A DNA stretch of 64,000 nt from the human T2T-CHM13v2.0 reference genome, Homo sapiens (GCF_009914755.1 NC_060947.1), one strand, 5' to 3'. Positions 45,576 to 58,689 are shown, counted from the stretch's first letter. Notes: generated by a model not told the origin, from the letters alone. Translations and numbers: made by a program.

Positions 45576-45899
45576 AAACCACATCATTTCTAACACCATA
45601 CCTCAGAATTCTATTTGGCAATTTGACTGAGAGAGAAGAGGTTTAAAGTTCAGAGAGACATGGCCATGACAACATTCACACTTCCTTTTTGAAAAAGTCC
45701 ACCTTTTAATTCCATGATTTAACTTGAGGTTAAACAGAGAAATTACGTGTAAAATAAAATCATTATATTAGCGATATCCATATTGGAAAATTGGTCCATG
45801 CATTACTTAGATTGCATAGAAACTTTAAATAAAATTGATTTAGATTTTAGAATTAAAATATCCTTCCTCTCCTGACTCCAACAGTTAAAAAAATGATTA

Positions 45900-46282
45900 T
45901 AGTTTCTAGCACATGACATACTTTTTCGCACCTCTATGACTTTGCTAAAGTTGTTCCTTATGCTTGGAATGTTTTTTCTACCTTTTTTCTTCTGGCTAAT
46001 TCTTATTCATATCTGATAAGACTTGCTCATATTTTTCAGGAAGTCATTAGGTATCCCTAGATAGCCTAGAGGTCTTTCATTTGTGCTTTTACAGTACTGT
46101 GTGCTTACCTCTTCGACAACACTACACACCTTACATTAGAAGTTTTTGTTCATGGATATTTCTCCGGAACTACACTATAAGACTCTTAAGAAAGGAAACT
46201 GTGTCTAATTAATTTCCTCATTTTTAGCATTTAGCATATTATCTGGCATTTAGAAAGTGCTTAGTAAATGATTTATTTGAAC
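45900..46282 (+). mobile_element. L2 3' end
   Basis: tgttccttatgcttggaatg...cactataagactc...tctggcatttagaaagtgcttagtaaat. Confidence 0.7.
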
Positions 46283-46653
46283 TATGGAGATAATTTAAGT
46301 AATTATCACAATAAAGTTAAGTCATAAACCAAAACGTATCTGAGACAGGTCTCAATCAACTTAGAAGTTTATTTTGCTGAGGTTAAGAACAATGCCCACA
46401 AGAAAAAACAGAGAATTACAGAAGCAGTCCATGGTTTGTGCCTTTCTCCAAAGACAACTTTGAAGGTTTCAATATTTGAAGGGGAAAAGCAGGCTAAAGG
46501 GGAACAAATAAGGATATAATCACATTGCTGAATCCACATGTTGCAAGATAAAAGGAGCAGGTAGGGGAATAGTGAATTATGTATTCATATAGTGTTCAGT
46601 GAATCAACATTTTACATAAGATAAGGTGAACATGGAGTAACTATCTGTGGAGA

Positions 46654-48232
46654 TTACACAGGATTTTTCTAGGCCCCTTTGCCAGGCTTGCAGCAGGAAG
46701 TGCCACATCTACTCAGCCTGTCAGGCTGTGTCTGGCTTGCACTTTGGCCTGTGGCTGCCATGACTGCATGCTCAGATCCTGGCAGGAGAGGGTGTATGAG
46801 TAAATGAGTATAGGGTCAGCCGGCCATTCAAAACGCCAGCACAGGGATGGGCTCTGTGCAGGGTTTGTGGCTGGACCAGGCATGTCACCCTGAGGGAAAT
46901 GCAGTGGTGCACAGGTAGGGGTGCCCACAACCCTGAATCCCCAGAAGGGTTGTTACAACATGCTAATTAGCTATTTTAGTTCAGCTGTGTTGGGTGATCA
47001 GACCCAACACCAGGCAGTGGGGGCTACGAAGTCCAGCAGAGTCAAAGGAATGAGACAAGAAAAGAGTGCATAAAGTGGGACCAGGAGGCCAATACTAGTA
47101 TGGAGGCTGCAAAGGCCCGAAGCTCTGGAAGCCGACACTATTTATTGGTGATCAAACAAAGAAGCAGGTGGTGAGGAAGTGGGGGGTTGAAAGAAAGCGG
47201 TGTATCAAGCACATGATCTACAGCTGTGATGGTTTAGCATTTTCTTTGACGCATATGGAACATGTTCTGCTACTTGAGATAATGGGAAACATGTTCTTCT
47301 AGTTTAAGATACAATCGATCTATGAGCCTAGGAGTGCTAGAAGCAAGGATCCGGCAGGTCTAGACACATTCCAGAGGCTACGAGGGGTTTTATGCCCTGA
47401 GCCCTGGATTCTATCCAAGGCATGAGGGGTTTTATGCCCTGGGCATAGATTGTGGTGTGGCAGGGCAGCCTTCCACCCTTTGGCACAAAGCTTGGTGTTC
47501 CAAAGGCCAGGAGGGGTTTTAGACCCTGGACCCCAGACATGTTCCAAGACTCTTTTACATTATGTCAGACATGCAAGCCCTGCCTCAGCTTTTTTTCCAA
47601 CACTCAGCTTTTCCCCAACACAGCTGTCCACAGCTTGATGGATGGCAGAATGTTAACAGCTCAGTCACCCCTTTGCCCCTCTCTGGCTCATGACTCCAGG
47701 GATGGCTTGGCCCCGCCATTGCTTCCTGTAGTGTGGGGCAGCTGCCATCCACTAGCAGAGGGCAGAGGACCACAGCGTCATAGCCTTCTGAGTACCCACA
47801 TTCAATGGGTCCCAAATTCTTATCCTGTGTCTAAGAAGAATGAGATCATGCTGACAACTGAAGGGTGATGAGGTCAAATAATTTTATTGAGTGACAAAAC
47901 AGCTCTCAGTGGAGAAGGGATGGGAAGGTGGTCTCTCACCCAAAGTCGAGTCATATCACCCAGTTTGGCTGAGTCTGGGGTTTGTATAGGCATGGGATGA
48001 GGGAGGGGCAGGCTGTAGGTAGTATTGGGAAAGGCAACATTCAATTGGTTAAAAAGCATTATTCAGAATAAACCAATTGGGAAAGGGCATGCAAATACAA
48101 ACAGAAATTCTCACTCCAGGTCAAGGATTTCATCCAGAACCAGCAGTCTGGTCTTTCAGCCTTCAGGCTGTTTTTGGCTTGAAGGTGGGGTTTCACTGAG
48201 GACCTGACCCTATCTGCCTCCTGCCACTGACA
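46654..48232 (-). mobile_element. LTR28/MER52-family ERV1 LTR
   Basis: Minus strand starts tgtcagtggcaggaggcagatagggtc...gaaaccccaccttcaagcc; AATAAA on minus near 47882; TSD gaga (46650-46653 and 48233-48236). Confidence 0.75.
46988..47620 (-). mobile_element. MER9 (HERV-K/HML-3) solo LTR
   Basis: tgttgggtgatcagacccaacacc...ttttccccaaca; perfect 6-bp TSD cagctg (46982-46987 and 47621-47626). Confidence 0.88.
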
Positions 48233-48290
48233 GAGATTTTTTAAATTTTTATCTGTATCTATCTGCTTATGAACAAAAGGAAAGGCAGGT

Positions 48291-49210
48291 TTTTATTTTC
48301 TTCTTAAAAAAGGGGGGATACATGTATAGAACATGCAGGTTTGTTACATAGGTTTATGTGTGCCATGGTGGTTTGCTGCACCTATTGACCTGTCCTTTAA
48401 GTTCCTTCCCCTCACCCCCACCCTCCAACAGGCCCTGATGTTTGTTGTTCTCCTCTCTGTGTCTATATGTTCTCATTGTTGAACTCCCACTTATGAGTGA
48501 GAACATGTGGTATTTGGTTTTTTATTCCTGTGTTAGTTTGCTGAGGACAATGGCTTCCAGCTTTATCCATGTCCCTGTAAAAGACATGATCTCATTCCTT
48601 TTTATGACTGCATAGTATTCCATGGTGTATATGTACCACACTTTCTTTATCCAGTCTATCATTCATGTGCATTTGGGTTGGTTTCATGTCTTTGCTATTG
48701 TGAATAGTGCTGCAATAAACATATGTGTGCATGTGTCTTTGTAGTAGAATGATTTATATTCCTTTGGGTATATACCCGGTAATGGGATTGCTGGGTCAAA
48801 TGGTATTTCTGGTTCTAGGTCCTTGAGGAACCGCCATACTGTCTTTCACAATGGTTAAACTAGTTTACGTTCCCACCAACAGTGTAAAAGCATTCATATT
48901 TTTCTGCTACCTTGCCAGCATCTATTGTTTCTTGACTTTTTAATGATTGCCATTCTAACTGGCATGAGATGGTATCTCATTGTGGTTTTGATTTGCATTT
49001 CTCTGATGATCAGTGATGCTGAGCTTTTCTTCATATGTTTTTTGGCCACATAAATGTCTTCTTTTGAGAAATGTCTGTTCATATCTTTTGCCCACTTTTT
49101 GATGGGGCTGTTTTTTTCTTGTAAATGTGTTTAAATTCCTTATAAATTCTGAATATTAGACCTTTGTCAGATGGGTAGATTGCAAGAATGTTCTCCCACC
49201 CTTTATGTTG
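48291..49210 (-). mobile_element. 5'-truncated L1PA8-like
   Basis: L1PA8-type tail ttcttcttaaaaaagggggatacatg; TSD ggaaaggcag (48279) / ggaaagacag (49211). Confidence 0.85.
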
Positions 49211-49354
49211 GGAAAGACAGTTTTTTGCATGACTGATCTTTCAGTTTAATTTTTTTATCTTCAGCACAGTGAATTGCGGTCCCAAGTTTTTATTTTTTAT
49301 TTACAAAAGTAAACATCCCTAATGTATCTAAGTTTATAATTCAACTGCCAATTT

Positions 49355-49357
<3 letters not shown>

Positions 49358-49400
<43 letters not shown>
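49358..49400 (+). repeat. Pure A43 homopolymer
   Basis: 43 consecutive A's with no SINE or LINE body attached. Confidence 0.97.
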
Positions 49401-49401
<1 letters not shown>

Positions 49402-49559
49402 ATTAAGATAATTTGAATCTGCTAAATGTTTATTGTGTTTTTGGAACCAATAAAATGATCAGCAAAAATTCTCTCTTATGCCAATATTCTACTCTTTTAT
49501 TAACATTACCACCACCATCATCTCTCTTTTTGCTTCCTCCTCAAACTGCAGAATAGAGA

Positions 49560-49803
49560 GCTTGGATTTGCATGTAGGAGGCTGGCAGGGAAGGAAGCCA
49601 AGTATGTCATAGTAGAGGAGGAGGGTCTACATACTTCCTTGTATTAAAAAGGGAAACTCATGAAGCACCAAAGCACACAACGAAGGAGAGGAAGAAGGGA
49701 GGAAGGCACTTCACAAGCAGAGCTGAGCCAGCAGGGCAGCAAGGCAGAAAGGGACTGAGATTGTACCTGGAAGTATCCCAGTGGCTGGATATTCAAGGTA
49801 ACT
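49560..49803 (+). promoter_or_regulatory. Candidate promoter and first exon (hypothetical)
   Basis: ATTTGCAT 49566-49573, ACTTCCT 49633, TATTAAAA 49642, donor AAG|GTAACT at 49798. Motif evidence only. Confidence 0.25.
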
Positions 49804-50377
49804 ATTCCATTGTTCCCCTTTTCTTTCCTTTCTAATTCACTGCTTCTGCAATTCAGACGCTTCTGCATTTGAGGTGGTGATGCGCATGTCTCTGTGTGTC
49901 CTTTCTCTGTATTAGGAGATGACTGCAAGTAAAACCTGCACATTAGAAAGCAGTCCAGAGATACAAAAGCAGGCAGGGTTCTTCCTGAAAGGGAAATTCT
50001 GAAAACTCAGATTGTCTTTCATTATTTGGTCAATTTTTTAAAAAAAATATTGTTTTAAAGCATCTGGATCCTAGCATTTTGTATTATGAACAGATAAAAA
50101 GCCATAGATACGAGCTAATTCGAAGAGGCTGGAAATGCTGCTGAGGATTTTCTTTTGCAAGCAGAAGAAAAACTATTTTTTAATTCTCAGTTAAAGTTGT
50201 TTTCTCCTTTTGCTTACACTTCCAGTTCAGCTGTTACCTACTTTGCTTTCTTGAATTTCTCTGAACCTGAGTAACACAAAAGGTGGGAAGCACATTTCAA
50301 ATTTAAATTGGTGGATTCATTCTTATAAGTGAGTGCATATTTAAGACAGACTGGTCAAAGAGAGAAGAGAAAGACGA

Positions 50378-50488
50378 GGGGTGGGGTGGGAGGTGCGGGG
50401 GTGGGGGAAGAGACTAGATTACAAGGATGAGGAAAAAGGGAGAGAGGGAAGGAGGGAGGAAAGGGGGAAGGGAAAGAGAAGAGAGGGG
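50378..50488 (+). other. G-quadruplex motif followed by a polypurine tract
   Basis: GGGG-t-GGGG-t-GGG-aggtgc-GGGGG-t-GGGGG (50378-50407); A/G-only tract ~50430-50488. Confidence 0.8.
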
Positions 50489-51939
50489 TGCTCTAGTCAC
50501 AAAGATTTTGAGTTTAATAAAATTAGAAATGGGTCACTTATAAACTGATTTCTTTAGAAAATATTTCCTTTATATTTTCAGAAATAAATCAGGGGCCATT
50601 ACAAAGAGGTTACAATATGGTGTGTTTTCATATTTCTGACTTGGCTTTTTCTTTCTCATTTGCTTTTAAAAACACTGGATCTTTGTTATAAATACTATAA
50701 TTAGAAGCAGGATTATTTGACTGCAGAAAGTGAGGAATGCACACTAGCTACTTTCCTCAGTGCCATTGAAATGTTGAAATCTAAAGCTCAGCTCTTCTGG
50801 GCTTGCAGCGTACAGCTGAGTTCAATGATTTTTTTCATCTGATTTAAAACATTTACATTGTACATTGTCTCCTTTACTTTGTCCTTGAAGAGACTTTTAT
50901 TTCTTTGATTTACTAAGGGCAGCTAACCACAAGCTCTTGTCAGCCTCTGGTTTATGGGCAGAAGAAAATAAATGGGACAACATTTCAGGATTCCCTAAAG
51001 GGCTATTTCTGAAAGAAGCATTTAAAACACTGAGAAATTGTTAGATTGAATGAACCATATTTTTCTTCTTCATGAACAAAGCCAGATAAACAGGAAACAC
51101 TGAGATGGGGAAAAGGAGAAAGGAGCAATATCAAAAGATTTTTATATACAAAAGAGATTTTTACATTGCAAATACATGCGAACAAATAAAAAATCTTCCT
51201 GTTTGGGGAGTATGTCCTCCCTATTTTTATGTGATGATAATATAACAGAGACCGTGTAATTGGACATCTTTCATTGTTGGAGGAACTTCCTCCATTTTCA
51301 TTTCTTTTAAAAAAGTCCCTTTTTGAGATTCTTAACTGTCAGAATAGTACTGCAAATAACTGTTAGGGTAAAATTTCTATTGTGTTTAAAATACGTTTGT
51401 GGTTGTCCCATGAAGAGGAAGCAGTTGAGGGTCTAGTACAGTTCTAGTCTTATCTTTTTGTCTTCTGACATTTTTCTCCTGAAATAAAGATCCTGTCCTT
51501 AGAATTTAGGTAAAAATTTCATTGTTAATTTGAGAGGGGAAATAGAATACTCTGCTTGACTCCTCAAATTGAATGTGATTCTTACTCATAAGGTTTTAGA
51601 CCATCAGTTTACCTGGGAAGAAGTATCTTTAAAGTAACAAGAACAATAAGAAAGAGAAACCTGAAATCGGAAGGAATCAATTTTACACAGCTACTTTTCA
51701 GCTGCTTAATTGTGTTATAAAATAATATGTTCGAATTAGGAACAACTATCTTGGACTTTTATTATTGTTTTAGAAAATAATTACTTTTCTTGCATTCAGA
51801 AATCTGCAAAATCTGCATATACATTTCTTGTTCTTATACACACAGGTATTCAAAATAGATTTCTATAAATGGATTTCTACTCATATTATGAAATTGTGAA
51901 AGTAATTAGATTGATGTCACATTTGTTTGTTGAGGATTT

Positions 51940-54200
51940 ACTCATCATTCAATAATTACTTACAGTCAGGCTTACAGTGCTGGGGATCCAGAGATATTTA
52001 AATCAAAACTGCTATGTATCTTAGGGGTTAATAGGCACAGACAGATAGATAAATAGATAATTCCAGTATGCTGTGATAACAGCTCCAATAGAGGTATGTC
52101 TAAACTACAGCAATAATAGAGAATATGAAGAGATGGGATGGGCAGTTAGAGAGGATGTTTTATTTTAGCAGAATCTTAATGGATTACTATGATACTTCTG
52201 GTGCCATAATCAACTCAGTGGATAGCAGTCCTTCACTGCTTTTACCACAAGCTTAAGGGTGCACATACAACCAACCATTCATTAAATACTATGTGCCAGA
52301 CACTATGTTGAATACTTTATATGCATTATTTATAATTTCCTCCTCATCATATGAATTAGGATATTTTATTATATCCATTTTCTGATAAGAAAATTGAGGC
52401 ACAGAGAGGGCAAGTAGTTTGCCCTAGCTAGTAAGTCTCAGGGCCAAGATTCAAACTCAAAACTGCTCAAAGCCACTATGCTACAGTATTTCACACAAAG
52501 CAACAGGGAGATTGGGGGTGTGGGTAGAGTAAAAGAGGACATTTCAGGCAGAGGGAATTGTAAGTTTAAAGCAGTGGACATGAATAAGTGGATGAGTTTC
52601 GTGAACTTGGTCTAGATCTAAGGTTGCTAAAATTTAGGGTTACTTAGGGGTGGGAAAGAAAAAGAAATTGTTGGAATTAAAGTCCAAGAGCAAGGCAAAG
52701 ACCATATTGTAAAACATCTTACATACTGTGCTATATTTAATGTTTGAACTTCATTCTGTAGACTTTGAGCAATCTTTGACAATATGCAAGAAAGGCTAGA
52801 ATCAGTTTTGCATTTTAGAAAGATAATTCTAGTTGTAGTATGAAGGTTCGATTAATGAGTAGATAATGAAAGCAGTAGTCCATATAAATAATTAAAATTG
52901 ATTGCACATCTTATATCCTTTTGAGAAATGTGGGTTGCAATACTATTTACCTCATTGGTTTGTCATTAATATTTTCTAAGTGACCACATGAAATAGGATC
53001 AGAAGGAAACTGGCATACAGTAAGTGCTTCATAAATGTTAACTGTTGTTATTATTTATCTAACTTCTGTTATTATATCATATAAAACAGTAGGAAACAAT
53101 ATAAGTAAAGAAAAAGAACTGAGATTTCCCAATTTAATATAGAAATATGAGAAGTAGGCTAGCCTTTGTTGGGGCTTGAATTGGTCCTTGAAGTACAGAT
53201 TAATGTTGAGGTGGTGGAATAAGGCTTTCCAAAAGGGGTAACAATATTAATAAAAGCAAAAAAAAAAAAAAAGAACATATCATGGGCAGGCAACAGTGAC
53301 CAATACTTTTTTTCTACATGTAAAGAATTCTTACCATATGCAATCAAAACGGAGCAGTATGTGTAGTGGTTACGAACATGGACATTGGGATCTTACTGCT
53401 TGAGTTTTAACACAAGTTCAGCCACTTAGTAGTTATATGTTGGGGAAGTTTTCTTTTTAATCAGTTATTTACCAGTTGTGGCTAATAATAGTACTCACCT
53501 CATGGGCTAAGAACAGTACTTGGCACATAGTAAATCCTATGTAGTGTTAGATATTTTTATCATTAAAAAGAGACTGGGACTAGCTCATAGGTAGCTTTGA
53601 GTTCCAGGGTAAGGAGTTTGATTAGACATATAGGCAAAATAGAGCCACTTAAAATCGTTAAACAAAGAAGAAAGTTACATGATAACAACTGATCTGGTAG
53701 CAGTATTTAGGATATCTTGGAGTGTTGTGGGGGGATAGACGTGGATGGGTAGCAACCAGATAGACACACCAACTAGGAGATTCTCATATTAGTACAGAAT
53801 GAAGAATGGGAAGTGGCACCAGTAATAACGTGTATGCAAGATACATCACAAAGGAATAATTTTTAGGTTAGTAAGGAATATGGATGAGAAAGGTGAATAA
53901 GTCAGTAAGATGACTCTGAGATTTCTCAATTTAAAGGTTTTATAACTGAGAAAATTGTGGTACCACTGACAGAAGAAAAAGGTCAGAAAATATAACCTGT
54001 TTGGGGAAAAATACAGACAGAAATAAAATAATAACAATCATTTTACAAAACACTTTCATATTTATGTGAGTGGTTTTGAACATGCTAAAGTCAAGGTGCT
54101 GCCAGGGCATTCAGCAAGTAGTTGCCAATATGGAATCAAAGTTTAGGAGAGAGAGGCCAGGATAGAATGATCATAGAGAACATGTACAAAAGTGTACAGT
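51940..54200. mobile_element. Patchwork of L2 (minus) and MIR fragments (~52270-52490 minus, ~52900-53055 plus, ~53350-53560 plus)
   Basis: actatgtgccagacact...aaattgaggcacagagagg; tggcatacagtaagtgct; gtgtagtggttacgaacatgga; tttgcattttagaaagat (L2). Confidence 0.65.
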
Positions 54201-54774
54201 AAAGCAGAGAGGTGGAAGCTATCTGGGTGTTAACCACTGGAAGAATGGATGGTAAAATGTGCTGGATGCACACAACAAGGTGTTATGACACAGAAGCAGG
54301 TGATTAGATATAGCAACATAGAAGTATCTGAGTAATATAATGCTGAGAGTGAAAAAATGGGTAATGAAATACACAATAAGGTAACATATGCATATATTTG
54401 AAATGACAAAATCCATTTTGCAAGAATATGTACAAATAAAAAATACACTAAACTTATCAGAATGGTTGCTTATGATGAGGAAAAAGATAAGAATGGAAAT
54501 AGAGCATGAAGATAAAGTAGAATAACTAAATGAACATCATGGAGGTGGGGAGCTTTGCGTGAATTGTGATAACATGCCTTAAGCTGAGGAGCATGACCCT
54601 CTGACACACTCACACTAAAAAAGAACATTGAAAAGTCAAACTATGTCTTATTTTTCTATGTCGTCATTCTCAAGTTAAAGAAAGAAATAATTATTATTGT
54701 TAAATACTTGAGATAATTATCTCAAGTTAAAAATAGTTAATTAGTATTATAAAAGGTTATGCTTTTGCTTGGGT

Positions 54775-54790
54775 TTCTTTTTCTTTTCTT

Positions 54791-54825
<35 letters not shown>

Positions 54826-55040
54826 TTTTGTTTTCTTCATTTGAGACAGAGTATTACTCTGTCACCTAGGCTGGAGTGCAGTGGTGTGATCACAACTAAC
54901 TGGAGCCTTGACTGCCCTGGCTGAAGCTATTCTCCCACCTCAGCTTCCTGACAGTAGCTGGGACCACAGGAATGCACCACCACACCTATCATGTTGTTTA
55001 AATTATTATTTGTAGAGATGAAGTGTATAACCTGGCTAGA
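54775..55040 (-). mobile_element. AluJ-like, mostly right arm, with (TTTA)n tail
   Basis: tttgagacagagtattactctgtcacc...tgtagagatg; left arm largely lost. Confidence 0.8.
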
Positions 55041-55188
55041 TTGCTTGCCGTTCTTCATGTGCCGTGTGTATGTGTGCAGAAAATTAATTCTTATAAAAAA
55101 ATCCTTATACTGTAAAACCCTTATTTAAAACTAATCTGTTTTGCTCTTGCAGATCATTATGTCCATGCCAGAGAAATCAAGTTATACC

Positions 55189-55224
55189 ACCACTTCTTGG
55201 CCTTTTGCCTAAGATCAAGTGTAG
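55189..55224 (+). pseudogene. U2 snRNA 3'-truncated tailless retropseudogene (nt 1-36)
   Basis: accacttcttggccttttgcctaagatcaagtgtag vs U2 ATCGCTTCTCGGCCTTTTGGCTAAGATCAAGTGTAG (32/36); TSD agaaatcaagtta(t/a)acc at 55172-55188 and 55223-55239. Confidence 0.92.
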
Positions 55225-55269
55225 AAATCAAGTTAAACCAAACCAAGTGAGGATTTCAGTTATTTCTCT

Positions 55270-57352
55270 GAAAAGCTGGAAGTAGTCTCTTTGAAAACCA
55301 GTACAAGATAAGGATGCCCTTTCTTTCCACTCCTATTCAACATAGTATTAGAAGTTCTGGCCAGGACAATCAGGCAAGAGAAAGAAATAAAGGGTATTTA
55401 ATTAGGAAGAGAGGAAGTCTAGTTGTCTCTGTTTGCAGACGACATGATTGTATATTTAGAAAGCCCCATCATCTCAGCCCAAAAACTTCTTGAACTGATA
55501 AGCAACTTCATCAAAGTCTCAGGATCTAAAATCAATGTGCAAGAATCACAAGGATTTATTTACATCAACAATAGGCAAGCAGAAAGCCAAATCATAGGTG
55601 AACTCCCATTTATAATTGCTACAGAGAGAATAAAGTACCTAAGAATACAGCTAAAAAGGGACATGAAGGACCTCTTCAGGGAGAACTACAAAACACTGGT
55701 CAAAGATATAAGAGAGGACACAAAGAAATGGAAAAACATTTCACCCTCATGGACAGGAAGAATCAATATCATGAAAATGGCCATACTGCCCAAAGTAATT
55801 TATAGATTCAATGCTATTCCCATCAAACTACCATTGACATTCTTCACCGAATTAGAAAAACCTATTTTAAATTTCATATGAAATCAAAAAAGACCCTGTA
55901 TAGCCAAGACAATCCTAAGCAAAAAGAACAAAGCTGGAGACATCATGCTACCTGACTTCAAACTATACGACAAGCCTACAGTAACCAAAACAGCAAGGCA
56001 CTGGTACCAAAAGAGATATATAGACCAATGGAACAGAAGAGAGACCTCAGAAATAACACCAAACATCTACAACCATCTGATCTTCGACAAACCTGACAAA
56101 AACAAAATAGGAAAAAGGATCTTCTATTCAGTAAATGCTGCTAGGAAAACTGGCTAGCCATATGCAGAAAACTGAAACTGGACTCCTGCCATACACCTTA
56201 TACAAAAACTAACTCAACATGGATTAAACACTTAAATGTAAAACCCAAAACCATAAAAACCCTAGAAGAAAACCTAGGAAATCCATTCAGGACATAGGCA
56301 TGGGAAAAGATTTCATGGCAAAAACACCAAAAGCAATTGCAACAAAAGCCAAAATTGACTAATGGGATCTAATTAATCTAAAGAGCTTCTGCACAGCAAA
56401 AGAAACTATCATCAGAGTAAACAGGCAATCTACAGAAGGGGAGAAAATTTTTGAAATCTACCCATCTGACAAAGGTCTGATATTCAGAATTTACAAGAAA
56501 AAAACAACCCCATCAAAAAATGAGCAAAAGGTATGAACATACACTTCTTAAAAGAAGACATTCACGTGGCCAACAAACATATGAAATAAAGCTCAACAAC
56601 ACTGATCATCAGTGAAATGCAAATTGAAACCACAATGAGATACCATTTCATGCCAGTCAGAATGGCAGTTATTAAAAAGTCAGGAAACAATAGATGCTGG
56701 AGAGGATGTGAAGAAATAGAAATGCTTTTACACTGTTGTTGAGGATGTAAGTTAGTTCAACAATAGTGGAAGACAGTATGGTGATTCCTCAAGGACCTAG
56801 AACCAGAAATACCATTTGACCCAGCAATCTTATTATGGTGTATATACACAAATAATTATAAATCATTCTACTACAAAGACTCATGCACACGTATGTTTAT
56901 TGCAGCACTATTTACAGTAGCAAAGACGTGGAACCAACCCAAATGCCCATCAATGATAGACTGAATGTGGTACATGTACACCACGGAATACTATGCAGCC
57001 ATAAAAAAGAATGAGATCATGTTCTTTGCAGGGACATGGAAGAAGCTGGAAGCCATCATTCTCAGCAAACTAACACAGGAACAGAAAACCAAACACTGCA
57101 TGTTCTCCTTCATAAATGGGAGTTGATCATTAAGAACACATCGACACAGAAAGGTGAACAACACACACCAGGGCCTGTTGGGGGGTGAGGGGTGAGGGGA
57201 GGAAACATAGAGGATTGGTCAGTAAGTGCAGCAAACCACCATGGCACATGTATACCTATGTAACATACCTGCACATTCTGCAAAAGTATCCAGTTTGTTT
57301 ATTTTTTGTTTTTTGTGGGGTTTTTTTTAGAAGAAATAAATTAAAAAAGAAA
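55270..57352 (+). mobile_element. 5'-truncated L1PA8-like (~2.1 kb)
   Basis: RT piece [13 protein letters not shown] (55423-55881); tail tttttagaagaaataaa plus A-rich end. Confidence 0.9.
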
Positions 57353-58125
<773 letters not shown>

Positions 58126-58229
58126 CTTTTGTAGAATCTTAATTTTGAGAAGCTGTAATTAATCTTGTAATTAATCATTTGTATACTTTTTCAAAAAACA
58201 TTCATTGAATATCTAACATCTCACTACCA

Positions 58230-58455
58230 AGAGTAGATCAGGACCTCCTGTTCCACTCTTATAGATTCTAATACCTTTCATTTGTAACATTAGTTAATAA
58301 TATTATGATTTTGAAATTTGATTAAAGCTTATCTTTCCCACAAGACTTTAGACCCCATGAAAGTGGATATTGTTGTTCATCATTTTATCTCTAATGCCTG
58401 GCACCTACTATGTGATTGATGTATAATTTTTGCATAAATAAATAAGTAAATAAAT
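58230..58455 (+). mobile_element. L2 3' fragment
   Basis: agactttagaccccatgaaag...gcctggcacct...aataaataagtaaataaat. Confidence 0.55.
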
Positions 58456-58689
58456 AACTGCTTGCCTGAATGCATCCATGTTATGCAACAGGACTACGGG
58501 CTGTATGGTAATGAAAGCAAAAAAAAATAAGTACATGTTGCACACTGACATCATCCTATGCTCAGCAATACCTGCCATTGAATCTAAGCTTCTGTGAGAT
58601 TCAATATGGTTGACTGAATATCATTTTTTGTGCTCAAAAAAGTTTAAGCCATCACTTGCTCTACATGAGAGGTACACAAACCATGCACT

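Larger units (their letters stand above)
46323..49305 (-). mobile_element. MER4-group LTR hosting nested insertions
   Basis: aaaccaaaacgtatctgagacaggtctcaatcaa...; contiguous pieces 46323-46653, 48233-48290 and 49211-49305, ending tttaca. Confidence 0.75.

Noticed and set aside
58560-58660. Short palindrome attgaatct...agattcaat as a miRNA or MER5-like element
   Set aside because: The 9-bp stem is too short, and the hAT similarity is too weak to call.
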